Source of the DNA: Eledone cirrhosa
Taxonomy: Eukaryota
Direction of reading: 5' to 3'
Length of the DNA: 64,000 bases
Assembly: GCA_964016885.1 (NCBI GenBank)
Contig: OZ024743.1
Location: forward strand, 75,516,001 to 75,580,000
Shown here: in pieces, positions 1 to 11,614 of the stretch
Numbering within the stretch: the stretch's first letter is position 1
Layout of the letters: each line of letters starts with the position of its first letter
Notes under the pieces: model-generated
Database searches by the model: none
What the model was told of the DNA's origin: nothing
The model's input: only the letters and a program-made list of their open reading frames with translations
Position numbers and translations under genes: made by a program

Positions 1-2765
1 ATTATATATGTTAATGTAGACTAGACAGTACATTATATATGTTAATGTAGACTTGACAGTACATTATATATGTTAATGTAGACTAGACAGTACATTATAT
101 ATAGTTAATGTAGACTAGACAGTACATTATATATGTTAATGTAGACTAGACAGTACATTATATATAGTTAATGTAGACTAGACAGTACATTATATATGTT
201 AATGTAGACTTGACAGTACATTATATATGTTAATGTAGACTAGACAGTACATTATATATGTTAATGTAGACTAGACAGAGTACATTATATATGTTAATGT
301 AGACTAGACAGAGTACATTATATATGTTAATGTAGACTAGACAGTACATTATATATGTTAATGTAGACTAGACAGAGTACATTATATATGTCAATGTAGA
401 CTAGACAGAGTACATTATATATGTTAATGTAGATTAGACAGTACATTATATATGTTAATGTAGACTAGACAGAACATTATATATGTTAATGTAGACTAGA
501 CAGAACATTATATATGTTAATGTAGACTAGACAGTACATTATATATGTTAATGTAGACTTGACAGTACATTATATATGTTAATGTAGACTAGACAGAGTA
601 CATTATATATGTTAATGTAGACTAGAAAGAGTACATTATATATGTTAATGTAGACTAGACAGAACATTATATATGTTAATGTAGACTTGACAGAGTACAT
701 TATATATGTTAATGTAGACTAGACAGTACATTATATATGTCAATGTAGACTAAACAGTACATTATATATGTTAATGTAGACTAGATAGAGTACATTATAT
801 ATGTTAATGTAGACTAGACAGAGTACATTATATATGTTAATGTAGACTTGACAGTACATCATATATGTTAATGTAGACTAGACAGAACATTATATATGTT
901 AATGTAGACTAGACAGAGTACATTATATATGTTAATGTAGACTAGACAGTACATTATATATGTTAATGTAGACTTGACAGTACATTATATATGTTAATGT
1001 AGACTAGACAGAGTACATTATATATGTTAATGTAGACTAGAAAGAGTACATTATATATGTTAATGTAGACTAGACAGAACATTATATATGTTAATGTAGA
1101 CTTGACAGAGTACATTATATATGTTAATGTAGACTAGACAGTACATTATATATGTCAATGTAGACTAAACAGTACATTATATATGTTAATGTAGACTAGA
1201 TAGAGTACATTATATATGTTAATGTAGACTAGACAGAGTACATTATATATGTTAATGTAGACTTGACAGTACATCATATATGTTAATGTAGACTAGACAG
1301 AACATTATATATGTTAATGTAGACTTGACAGAGTACATTATATATGTTAATGTAGACTAGACAGTACATTATATATGTCAATGTAGACTAAACAGTACAT
1401 TATATATGTTAATGTAGACTAGACAGAGTACATTATATATGTTAATGTAGACTTGACAGTACATTATATATGTTAATGTAGACTAGACAGAGTACATTAT
1501 ATATGTTAATGTAGACTAGACAGAGAACATTATATATGTTAATGTAGACTAGACAGAGTACATTATATATGTTAATGTAGACTAGACAGAGTACATTATA
1601 TATGTTAATGTAGACTAGACAGAGAACATTATATATAGTTAATGTAGACTAGACAGAGTACATTATATATGTTAATGTAGACTAGACAGAGAACATTATA
1701 TATGTTAATGTAGACTAGACAGTACATTATATATGTCAATGTAGACTAGACAGAGAACATTATATATGTTAATGTAGACTTGACAGAGAACATTATATAT
1801 GTTAATGTAGACTAGACAGAGTACATTATATATGTTAATGTAGACTAGACAGAGAACATTATATATGTTAATGTAGACTAGACAGAGTACATTATATATG
1901 TTAATGTAGACTAGACAGTACATTATATATGTTAATGTAGACTAGACAGAGTACATTATATATGTTAATGTAGACTAGACAGTACATTATATATGTCAAT
2001 GTAGACTAAACAGTACATTATATATGTTAATGTAGACTAGACAGAGTACATTATATATGTTAATGTAGACTAGACAGAGTACATTATATATGTTAATGTA
2101 GACTAGACAGAGAACATTATATATGTTAATGTAGACTAGACAGAGTACATTATATATGTTAATGTAGACTAGACAGTACATTATATATGTTAATGTAGAC
2201 TAGACAGAGTACATTATATATGTTAATGTAGACTAGACAGAGTACATTATATATAGTTAATGTAGACTAGACAGAGTACATTATATATGTTAATGTAGAC
2301 TAGACAGAGAACATTATATATGTTAATGTAGACTAGACAGAGAACATTATATATGTCAATGTAGACTAGACAGAGAACATTATATATGTTAATGTAGACT
2401 AGACAGTACATTATATATGTCAATGTAGACTAGACAGAGTACATTATATATGTTAATGTAGACTAGACAGAGAACATTATATATGTTAATGTAGACTAGA
2501 CAGAGTACATTATATATGTTAATGTAGACTAGACAGTACATTATATATGTTAATGTAGACTAGACAGAGTACATTATATATGTTAATGTAGACTAGACAG
2601 ATTACATTATATATAGTTAATGTAGACTAGACAGAGTACATTATATATGTTAATGTAGACTAGACAGAGAACATTATATATGTTAATGTAGACTAGACAG
2701 AGAACATTATATATGTCAATGTAGACTAGACAGTACATTATATATGTCAATGTAGACTAGACAGA
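1..2765. repeat. 31/33-bp minisatellite (ATTATATATGTTAATGTAGACTAGACAG[AG]TAC), truncated by window start
   Basis: Direct tandem units seen; a variant AG insertion gives 31 vs 33 bp; the ORFs called here only translate the repeat. Confidence 0.97.
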
Positions 2766-2844
2766 AAATTAGAGACTTTCTCGGTTTGAAATAAAATACT
2801 GCAGCAAGAAACGAGTGAAAATTTATTATATTATTATTGTAGTG

Positions 2845-3280
2845 TGGTGGATTGGCAGTATCGGTAGAGCGTCAGTCTGTATGCTTCACAGCATAGAGTT
2901 ATATCCCTTTACATTTTGTGTTAAAATTCCACTGAGGTTAACTTTACCTTTCATCCTTATGGAGTCGATAAAATAAAACACCAGTCACGCACTGAGGTTG
3001 ATTCAATCGACTTGCCCCTCTCCCAAAATTGCTGGCCTTGTGTGCCTACATAAGAAACTATTATTATTATTATTATTAGTAGTAGTAGAAGTAGTAGTTG
3101 TTTCTAACATTGGCACAAAGCCAGTAAATTTCGAGTGAAGAAGTTGATTAAATTGATCCCAATAGTTAACGTATTTTATTAACCTCGGAATGATGAAAGA
3201 CAAAGTTGACCTTGACAGAATTTTAACTCAGTGTAGAAAGTCGTCAACAAATACCACAAATAATTTTGTTTGATGTTCTG
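2845..3280. mobile_element. Two tRNA-derived SINE copies tail-to-tail (+ 2845-3060, - 3100-3280)
   Basis: Head GGATTGGCAGTATCGGTAGAG and central TTTCATCCTT..GTCGATAAAATAAA motif recur in more than 15 copies in the window; the second copy is the reverse complement. Confidence 0.8.
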
Positions 3281-3281
3281 G

Positions 3282-4300
3282 AATTGCTGGACAGATTTTA
3301 CGGGCAAAACCTACCGGTAGGAGACCCAGTGGTAGACCCTGAGCAAGATGGTTGGGATCTCAGAAAGTTTAACTAAGAATGTAGGCTTCATATGTAGCAG
3401 CTGCACTGGGACAGCAAGCAGCAAACGACGACAGGAAACAAGCACCACCAAACTCTGGGAGGGCTCTGTAGAAACAGTAGACAGCTTCTGCTACCTAGGT
3501 GACCGAATTAGTAGCGGAGGTGGGTGTTCGGAAAGTACAATAGCTAGGGTAAGAACGGGATGGAAGAAGTTCAGGGAGCTACTGCCACTGTTAGCTGCAA
3601 AAGGCTTTTCCCTCAAAATGAAAGGCAGACAGTATGATGCGTGTATACAAACATCAATGTTACATGGAAGTGAAACCTGGGCGCTGTCTGTAGAAGACTT
3701 GCGCAGATTAGAAAGAAACGAAGCTTGCATGCTCCGATGGATGTGTAATAGTAATATACGCAAACGGCAAAGTATAAACAAATTAAGAGAGAGACTGAGC
3801 ATCAGAGGAATCAAATGCTGTGTGCAGGAGAGGAGGTTACGTTGGTATGGATATGTGATACATATGAAGGATGATAGCTGCATAAAAAGGTGCAGAGCAC
3901 TAGAAGTCGATGGAAGAAGACCTGGGAAGATACACGACCGTGACCTCTGGCGTCACGCAGTAATACAGAAGACCCGACCCCCCACAGGAACAAGCCGAAG
4001 CTGAAGCATATAGACAATATGCCCCCACATCTTCCCACTGCAAAGTGGTCATGGAGGTGCCACAGCAAAAAAGCACCCAGCCCACACTGTAAAGTGGACG
4101 TGTAGGCGCCACGGAAAAAAGCACCCAGAACTCACTGTAAATGAGATTGGTGTTAGGAAGGGCATCCAGCTGTAGAAATCAAGCCAGAATCAGTTCCTGT
4201 ATGAGCAAGACATGGTCAGCCGACTGACACTGCTCACAACAGGACAACCCGTCTAACCCATGCTAGCATGGAAGAATGGACGTAAAAGGGTGATGATGAT
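3282..4300 (+). mobile_element. 5'-truncated RTE-clade LINE 3' fragment with long 3' tail ending (GAT)n, preceded by a short piece of a second RTE family
   Basis: ORF 3348-4004 has RTE C-terminal motifs VDSFCYLGDRIS, MLHGSETWAL, RRLRWYGYV; tail CCCATGCTAGCATGGAAGAATGGACGTAAAA(GAT)n. Confidence 0.88.
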
Positions 4301-4419
4301 ACATATATATATATACATACATATTTATTCATACATATATATGTATGAATAAATATATGTATCATCATCATCATCATCATCACCCTTTTACGTCTGTTCT
4401 TCCATGTTTATATATGTAT

Positions 4420-4884
4420 ATATCATCATCATCGATTAACGTCCATGTTCCACGCTTGCATGGGTTTGGACGGGAGTTTTCCCACTTGAGGCAAGAGTGG
4501 TTGTCATTGCTCGCATAGGACTGTCTGGCGGGTTTTCTACAGCTGGATGCCCTTCCTAACACCAACCACATTTACAGTGTGGGGCTGGGAGGTTTTTACC
4601 ATGTTGCCTACACGGCCACATTACAGCGTGGACTGTGTGTTTTTTTGTCGTGACACCTACACGATCTCATTTGTTTCGGCCTGGATGTTGTGGCACCAAC
4701 ATAACTTTACATTGAAAGGGGCGGTGTGGGGGGGACGGGGGTGTATTTTGTTAGAGATGCCTACTGACTGTAGTAGGTTTTACTTTGTATTTAGGTAAGG
4801 TGGGTCTTCTCTATTACTGAGAAGTACCTACATACATATATATATACCTACATACATATGCATGCATATATATACATATACATA

Positions 4885-4927
<43 letters not shown>

Positions 4928-6330
4928 TATACGTATATATATACATAAATATAAATATATACATCGTCATCATCACCATTTTACGCCCATTCTAGCATGG
5001 GTTAGACGGGTTGTCCTCTCGTGAGCAATGCCAGGTCAGGTGACCATATCTTGCTCATACAGAACTGATTCTGGCTTGATTTCTACAGCAGGATGCCCTT
5101 CCTAACACCAACCTCATTTACAGTGTGAACTGGATGCTTTTTGTTGTGGCACCTCCACGACCACTTTACAGTGGGAGAGGGCGGGGTCATACTGTCTATA
5201 TGCTTCAGCTTCGGCTTCTACCCATGCGAAGTCAGGTCTTCTGTATTACTGCGTAACACCAGAGGTCTCTGTTCTGTGTCATCACCTTATATGTATGTCT
5301 AACCCATGCTAGTGTGGAAGAACGGACGTAAAACGGTGATGATGATGATGATACAGAGAAATATAAACATATGTTACTTAATATAGTAAATTTTTAATAG
5401 GAATACATGTGATATCAAACTGCCTGAAACCACACTAGGTTTGGGATACAGTATTACTAGGGCATTCTTAAATCTAGTGCAGCCCATCTCTCCAGGTCTG
5501 AATACAGCAGATTTCTTCCAAACAATGATAGAAAGTGAGAGAGAGGAAGTGAGAAAGAAATAGAGAGGAAGAATCGACCCCCAGTACTTGACTGGTACTT
5601 TTTTCAAAGTTGACCTCGGCGGAATTTGAACTCAGAGAGCTGGAACTATACCACAAAACATTCTATGTGATGTTCTAACAACTCTGCCAATTCATCGCCT
5701 GTTTAATCATCATCATCATCATCATCGTTTAACGTCCATCTTCCACGCTAGCATGGGTTAGAAGAGAATTGTCCCACTTGAGGCAAGATTGGTCGGTTGA
5801 CCGTGTCTCGCTTGTATAGGACTGTCTGGCAGGTTTTCTACGGCTGGATGCCCTTCCTAATGGCAACCATATTTACAGTGTGGAATTGGGAACTATTTAC
5901 CGTTTTACCTACACGGCCACATTACAGCGTGGACTGTGAGTTTTTTTTGTTGTGATACCTACATGACCTCATTAGTTTGGACTGGATGTTGTGGTACCAA
6001 CATAACTTTACAGAGAAAGGGTGGTGTAGGTGGGAGTGGGAGGGTGAAGTAGGGGTAGTGGGTTGGGGTGTATATTTGGTTAAGAGGTGCCTACTGACTG
6101 TAGGTTTCACTTCATACATAGGCAAGGCGGGTCTTCTGTATTACTGCTTGGCGCCAAAGATCTCAGTCCAGTGACATTGTCTTAGAGAGGTGCACGTGTG
6201 TGAGGTCAGAATTTATCAAATCATCCCAGGTTTTTCTGGGCCTACCTCCTTCGTAACTTCCATCAATTTTGATCACCCTGCACTTTTTTATACAGCTGTT
6301 GTCTTTCATGCGCATCATGTGACCATAGTG
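4420..6330 (-). mobile_element. Cluster of minus-strand RTE 3'-tail/SINE fragments (about 4420-4820, 4960-5290, 5445-5700, 5710-6330)
   Basis: Reverse complements of the 3930-4300 tail (GGATGCCCTTCCTAACACCAACC motif, (CAT)n ends); 6180-6330 matches RTE C-terminal coding sequence. Confidence 0.8.
5401..5438 (+). CDS. Possible internal exon (xNTCDIKLPETTL) of unidentified plus-strand gene
   Basis: tttttaatag| acceptor, open frame, G|gtttgg weak donor; the phase-1 end fits the phase of exon 7392. Short, so it could be chance. Confidence 0.25.
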
Positions 6331-6619
6331 TATATAATTACCTAAAAAGCTTCCATCATAATTTTATACAAGAACCTTTATGTTGCTAACACCAGCTGAA
6401 TAAGAAGGAAGTTATATTACTAAATCCCTTCAAATTCTTCATTATTTTCAAAATAATTTAAAATCCTTAGCAATGTCTTTTATTAGAAATATGATAACAA
6501 AACAGTTAAAATATTCCACAATATTTATCCTGTAGACTTTCAAATGTATTAGTAAAATAAAGTATAAAAATTGACTCATTATCATCAATCATATTGCCAT
6601 AATTATAAGAATTAGAATG

Positions 6620-6935
6620 ATTGATGAGAGAGTCACTTCAGCTAGAACTGCTACTTCTCTGAATTGAGAGATCACAGCTCCGATACTATGGACATGTGGT
6701 TAGAATGTCTCAGGAAAGAATGTTAGGCAGATTTTATGGGCAAAAACCAACCGGCAGGAGACTAAGGGGTAAAGTCTGAGCAAGATGGCTGAATAACATC
6801 CATGAGCTTGGCTGGTCTTGCTTGGGGATCCAGCTGGATCAGTTGGAGATGGTTGGTTCTGACAGGTCTCGCTGGAAGGAGTGTTTGAAGAATCTGTCCC
6901 CCACGATCCTCTCAGGAGTAAGTGGACAAAGAAGA
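6620..6935 (+). mobile_element. 3' fragment of second RTE family (Rex3/Expander-like); other copies at 22100-22350, 24330-24690, 25755-26090, 47395-47600 (+) and 44825-45290, 60280-60470 (-)
   Basis: Copies translate (degenerate) to RYYGHVVRMS..RRPRG..RW...WKECLRTLPPRP and end in (GAA)n. Confidence 0.8.
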
Positions 6936-7004
6936 ATTAAATGGTAGGTTCACTGGAGCAAAGGTTATGAAATCTGCAAGACATTTCTACTAGTTTTACT
7001 TGTA

Positions 7005-7262
7005 AGACTGGCGGCTCGCCTAATAGAGGTAACTGGCGAATCTCGCAAGGGCGCTTGGTTGTTCCAGCGCATTAGCCTCGCCATCACCCGAGGCAACGCT
7101 ACGAGTGTGCTGGCTTTCCTCAAAAATCATTAGAGAGGTTGCTCGGTACTCCTTGCGATGTTGCTGTCTTTTGCTCTAGTGTTGGCTCGGTTGTTCACCC
7201 CTCCCTTTACATTTTCTTTAACATTGTAACATTAAAAGAATATATCTATCTGAAAGAATCGC
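7005..7262 (+). mobile_element. CRE-clade-like non-LTR retrotransposon 3' fragment
   Basis: 7005-7133 reads RLAARLIEVTGESRKGAWLFQRISLAITRGNATSVLAFLKNH*, matching the LFQRISxAIxRGNA C-terminus of CRE-type restriction-like-endonuclease elements; a second 3' copy lies at 14240-14395. Confidence 0.75.
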
Positions 7263-7391
7263 AAGCAAAGACATATAAATATCTTAGTTCCAAAAATTGG
7301 TATAAACAGTAACTTTTCAAAGATCAATCAAAACAATTCTATCACTAAGAATGTCCAATTTTGAAAAGAAAATCTTAGTATATCTCTTTAG

Positions 7392-7483
7392 AAGATGGCC
7401 AGTCATACTTTATAGGAGAGTTAACAAGATCAGATCATAAATTTCATTATGAAAATACTGACGCTAGAATGACCATAGAATTG
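7392..7483 (+). CDS. Candidate internal exon (x)DGQSYFIGELTRSDHKFHYENTDARMTIEL of unidentified gene
   Basis: tatctctttag| acceptor, 92-nt open frame in non-repeat sequence, TTG|gtaaat donor; phase 1 in, phase 0 out. Confidence 0.55.
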
Positions 7484-8155
7484 GTAAATGCTTGAAATAA
7501 TATGTCAAATAATAATATAATCAGTGCTGGATTAGTTAAATGTAGGGCCATATGCTGTAATGGGCCCTAAATTTTAAACAAATTATCTAGATAACCCTTT
7601 AGCATTTAAACCAGCCATATCCAGCTAGAATTCTCTTACTTCTTTTTGTGCAAATTCACTGTAACTACCTGCTCATACTGATGTTAAGGTATTGTTCTCA
7701 AAATATCAAAATGTCATAGATTTGATATTATGTGAGGTAAAGCCTTTACTGTGAAAGTATAATAGTAACTATAGAGTAATGTAAATGTTATGAGATATTA
7801 TGTGAGGTAAAGCCTTTACTGTGAAAATATAATAGTAACTATAGAGTAATGTAAATGTTATGTGAGATATTATGTGAGGTAAAGACTTTACTGTGAAAAT
7901 ATAATAGTAACTATAGAGTGGTTTCTTTATTTGCCACTAGGGCACAAAAGGTAGGGACAGATACAAGGGGGGAAGTTTACATATAATTAACGAGTACAAA
8001 AATATAACAATGAAATAACAACAACAAACGAAGTCCTCAATAGGGAGGGGGCATTAACATGGGTCGCACACACCCCGGAAAAATATGTAACCCTTCTCCT
8101 CAGGAGCACAAAGAGTAGGTGCTTCCCTCGTCTCCTCTTTTTCCTCTTCTTTTAC

Positions 8156-11100
8156 CTACAGGCTGATATAGAGAGAAGACCCATTCACTCTGGCCATTCT
8201 CCCTACTTTCACCCACCTTTCATAAAACTTGCTGGGGTAGAGCACCTCTCTCTCCATTCTGATCCTTCTTTTAAAATGGTATTTGAAAAAGGGGACCAGT
8301 TGTTGGCCGGAGAGAAAGGTGTCTGACCTCAGCCCTTTCAGCCTCGTCCACCATACAACTTCTTTAGCCATGGCTACCACACAGAGAAAAACCGCCTCTC
8401 CTTCGTTTTTGAAAGGGGGAGGCGGTTTGATCGTGACAATGGACTCGGTGGTCAACCGGATTGGTCCCACCCTCGACAGTAGTCGTTCCACATAGCCCCA
8501 CAGGTCAGCAATGCCTGGGCAGTGTACGAATGCGTGCGCAACGGTTTCGTCATCATGCACGCATCTCGGACAGATCTTATTCAAAGGATCTCTACCCAGG
8601 CTCCCATGCCTGTGGAGCTTGTCTCGAACGGGTAGAGCCCCTCGGTAGCACTGCCAAGCCAGGGACTTTTGGAAGTTGTCCATCGGTCCAGGGCCAAACG
8701 TCCTACCGAACAGACTGGCCAGTTCATCTTCCTCCATGCCTAGAGCTTCTCCGAGAGCATCGTCGCACCTGCTGCGTACCAACCCTCTATAGAATGTCGA
8801 CGTGGAGTCTCCACTGATTGCCGGGTCCGCTTTCCAGAGGACCGTGAGCGCCTGGGCACATTCAATGTGCCAGTCGCCCACTTTTCTCGGTCTTTGCTTG
8901 ACCCAGGATTGCAGCTCGGTGAGCGAGACGAGTCTGGGAAAGGCTCGCCTCACAAACGGGGTCCACACCGGTTGACCGGTGAGGAATACCTGGAGGTGCC
9001 GTAGCCTTAATGCGTGTTTACGCATCTGTAGCCACGGCATCCCCAGCCCTCCTTTCGAAGGGTGTTGACAGCAGATGGATCTCCTCACCAAAGGGGTCCG
9101 CTTGTTCCAAAGAAATTGGAACAGCGCGCACTCCATTTTGGCGAGTCTTTTCACTGGGCAAGGCACGACGGTCAAGCGGTAGTAGATGACGGATGCTATA
9201 TAAGTATTCGCCACCTCCGCTCGACCTTTCAGGGATAGTTTGCACTGGGCCCACTTCTGGGTGAGTGCAAACACCCTGGCCGTTACCTCGTTCCAGTTTT
9301 TCTCCACCTGGAGGTCTGGTCCGAACCAGACCCCAAGCAGCTTCACCGGGCCCTCCGTCCAGCGTCCGACGACGTCGTTGGAGGGCATCGGTTTGCCTCT
9401 CCATGTTCCGAGTTGCAAACCGACGGACTTGTCCCGGTTCAGCTTGGCTCCTGTAAACCTTTCATATTCCTCCAGTAAGGTGCCGATCTCACCGATTTGC
9501 GAGGTTTTCGACACCATTACTGTCACGTCATCGGCGTAGGCCGACGCCGCTTTCTGCAATCCCGGTTCCAAAGGGATGCCCTGCAACCGCTCCAACTTCC
9601 GCAGTAGTGGCTCAAGAGCCAGCACATACAGTAGGGAGGAGAGAGGGCATCCCTGTCGGATGGATCGCATGATTTGGAACGGCTCCGAGAGGTGGCCGTT
9701 CACCTTGACCCTTGAGCAGACGTTGCTGCTGTGCATCGCAGCAATCCAACCCCTGAAAACGGGTCCGAAGCCTGCCGCCGCGAGCACCGCATCCAGGTAA
9801 CGATGGTCAACCCTATCGAAAGCTTTAGATTGATCCAAGTTGATCAGGGCCCCACCAAAGCCGGGTTCATTCCCTACCCTCTCTATGATGTATCGCATAA
9901 GGTGGAGATTGTCGTGAATGGACCTGGACGGGATCGCGCATGTCTGCGCTTCTCCCACCAGGTTTCCAACGACAAGCGCCAACCTCTTCGCTAACACCTT
10001 GGCCAAAATCTTTAACTCTGTATTTAGCAGAGTTATGGGCCTGAAGTTACTTATGTCATCCCCCTTGTTCTCATCCTTCCTCACCAGCGTAACTACGCCC
10101 TTGGTCACAGAACTGGGAATTCTCCCGTTCTGCTGCCAGTTGCAGTAGACCGCTTCGAGGATATCGGAGAACAAGTCCGGCATCGCTACATATAGCTCGT
10201 ATGGTAGACCATCGAGACCCGGGGATTTGCGTTTGCCGCATTGGCTCAGCGCCGCCCCTATCTCAGCAGCTGAAATCGTCCTTTCGCAGGACTTCGCCTC
10301 CGCGTCCGAGAGGCGCGGCAGACCGTCGAGGTATGGATTGAAATCCATAGTCTCACCCGGCGCGCCGCCCCTCTCGAACAGTCGTGCAAAGTGCCGCTGA
10401 AAGGCCGCACACATCTGCCCAGGTTCAAGGATCACACGCCCATCCTGGTCCTTCAAAGACCGAATCGTGGACTTGTTCCCACTTTTTGCCTCTGTAACTC
10501 GGGCCCAGCTCACAGCTTTGGCTCCCTCATTACCCAGAGCACGTATTTTACTCCTGACAACGCAGCCTTCATGCTTCACCTCAAAGAACTGGTCTAAGGC
10601 CATTCTTGATGCCAGCACGCCGGCTACATTGCCACTCCTAATCGCCTCTTCTACTCTATCTACTAATTCCCTTTCCGTCTTGTTCCTATCCCTTGCTAAT
10701 TCCTGACTAAAACCTATCGATTCTATTCTAATTGCTCTCTTAAGAGAGCTCCACCACCTGTTGTTGACAATTGCCCCTGTCAAACTCTGCTTAACTAACG
10801 TGCTAATCCGTTTACTGTAAGCTTTGCTTCTCGGTAAGGACAAGTTCAGCTTCCAGTAACCGGGTCCCTGTCTATGGGTTCTATCAAGGTTGGCTATGCA
10901 GGTCACTAACTTGTGATCCGAATAGTCAACCATGAACATTTTTGGACAGCTAAATGTGTCCCTATCGTTCTCTCTAACTAGGACCCTATCTAGGTACGAC
11001 CTAGATGTTCCACTGCGATTGGTCCACGTCCATAGTGGTACAGTCGGAAAATCTAGTCGATATCTATCGGCCAGGTCAAATCGGCCGATTAACCTTTTGA

Positions 11101-11593
11101 GGCTTTTACACCCCCCTCTATTGGCACATGCCCCTACATAGTCCCAACGTGCATCCAGGATACCATTCCAGTCCCCCACTAAAAGCAAGGAGCGGGACGT
11201 TCCCAGAAAAGTTTCCAGACGTTGGAAGTATTCCGGCCGCGCTGCCCAAAAAGGGGCGTACACAGCTATTAGTCTAAGGGCTCCACTTTCACTACTACCG
11301 ACGTCTAAAACCACCAGTCGACCCTCCGGGTCCAGGTGCACCTTCTGTATGGCGAGGCCCAGGTGTTTTCGCAGCAGAACGACAACTCCACCCCCACCCC
11401 CCGGTTGACAGAGAGATGCGAAGATCTCAAAGTCGTCGAAGAGGGGCGCCAGTTGGTGCTCGCTGCTGATCCTGGACTCGCAAATAGCCATTACATCCAT
11501 TCTATGCGACCTGAGATCGTTTAAAAGTTTGCCTTGTTTCCAAGACAGTCCCAGGCCACGTACATTCAGACACCCAACTCTTATATCAGCCAT
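8156..11593 (-). CDS. ORF2: APE endonuclease + reverse transcriptase + C-terminal Cys/His zinc motif, 1145 aa, uninterrupted
   Basis: CLNVRGL, ICESR, GDWN, SYLDR, SDHK (APE); GPGYWKLN; KSPGLDGLP, NFRPITLLNTELKILAK, DQSKAFDRV, RQGCPLS, YADD (RT); GGLGMP; CPRC..ETVAHAFVHC. Confidence 0.96.
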   Translation of the reverse strand: MADIRVGCLNVRGLGLSWKQGKLLNDLRSHRMDVMAICESRISSEHQLAPLFDDFEIFASLCQPGGGGGVVVLLRKHLGLAIQKVHLDPEGRLVVLDVGSSESGALRLIAVYAPFWAARPEYFQRLETFLGTSRSLLLVGDWNGILDARWDYVGACANRGGCKSLKRLIGRFDLADRYRLDFPTVPLWTWTNRSGTSRSYLDRVLVRENDRDTFSCPKMFMVDYSDHKLVTCIANLDRTHRQGPGYWKLNLSLPRSKAYSKRISTLVKQSLTGAIVNNRWWSSLKRAIRIESIGFSQELARDRNKTERELVDRVEEAIRSGNVAGVLASRMALDQFFEVKHEGCVVRSKIRALGNEGAKAVSWARVTEAKSGNKSTIRSLKDQDGRVILEPGQMCAAFQRHFARLFERGGAPGETMDFNPYLDGLPRLSDAEAKSCERTISAAEIGAALSQCGKRKSPGLDGLPYELYVAMPDLFSDILEAVYCNWQQNGRIPSSVTKGVVTLVRKDENKGDDISNFRPITLLNTELKILAKVLAKRLALVVGNLVGEAQTCAIPSRSIHDNLHLMRYIIERVGNEPGFGGALINLDQSKAFDRVDHRYLDAVLAAAGFGPVFRGWIAAMHSSNVCSRVKVNGHLSEPFQIMRSIRQGCPLSSLLYVLALEPLLRKLERLQGIPLEPGLQKAASAYADDVTVMVSKTSQIGEIGTLLEEYERFTGAKLNRDKSVGLQLGTWRGKPMPSNDVVGRWTEGPVKLLGVWFGPDLQVEKNWNEVTARVFALTQKWAQCKLSLKGRAEVANTYIASVIYYRLTVVPCPVKRLAKMECALFQFLWNKRTPLVRRSICCQHPSKGGLGMPWLQMRKHALRLRHLQVFLTGQPVWTPFVRRAFPRLVSLTELQSWVKQRPRKVGDWHIECAQALTVLWKADPAISGDSTSTFYRGLVRSRCDDALGEALGMEEDELASLFGRTFGPGPMDNFQKSLAWQCYRGALPVRDKLHRHGSLGRDPLNKICPRCVHDDETVAHAFVHCPGIADLWGYVERLLSRVGPIRLTTESIVTIKPPPPFKNEGEAVFLCVVAMAKEVVWWTRLKGLRSDTFLSGQQLVPFFKYHFKRRIRMEREVLYPSKFYERWVKVGRMARVNGSSLYISL

Positions 11594-11614
11594 GTTGGTT
11601 AAAAGAGGAAGGAC

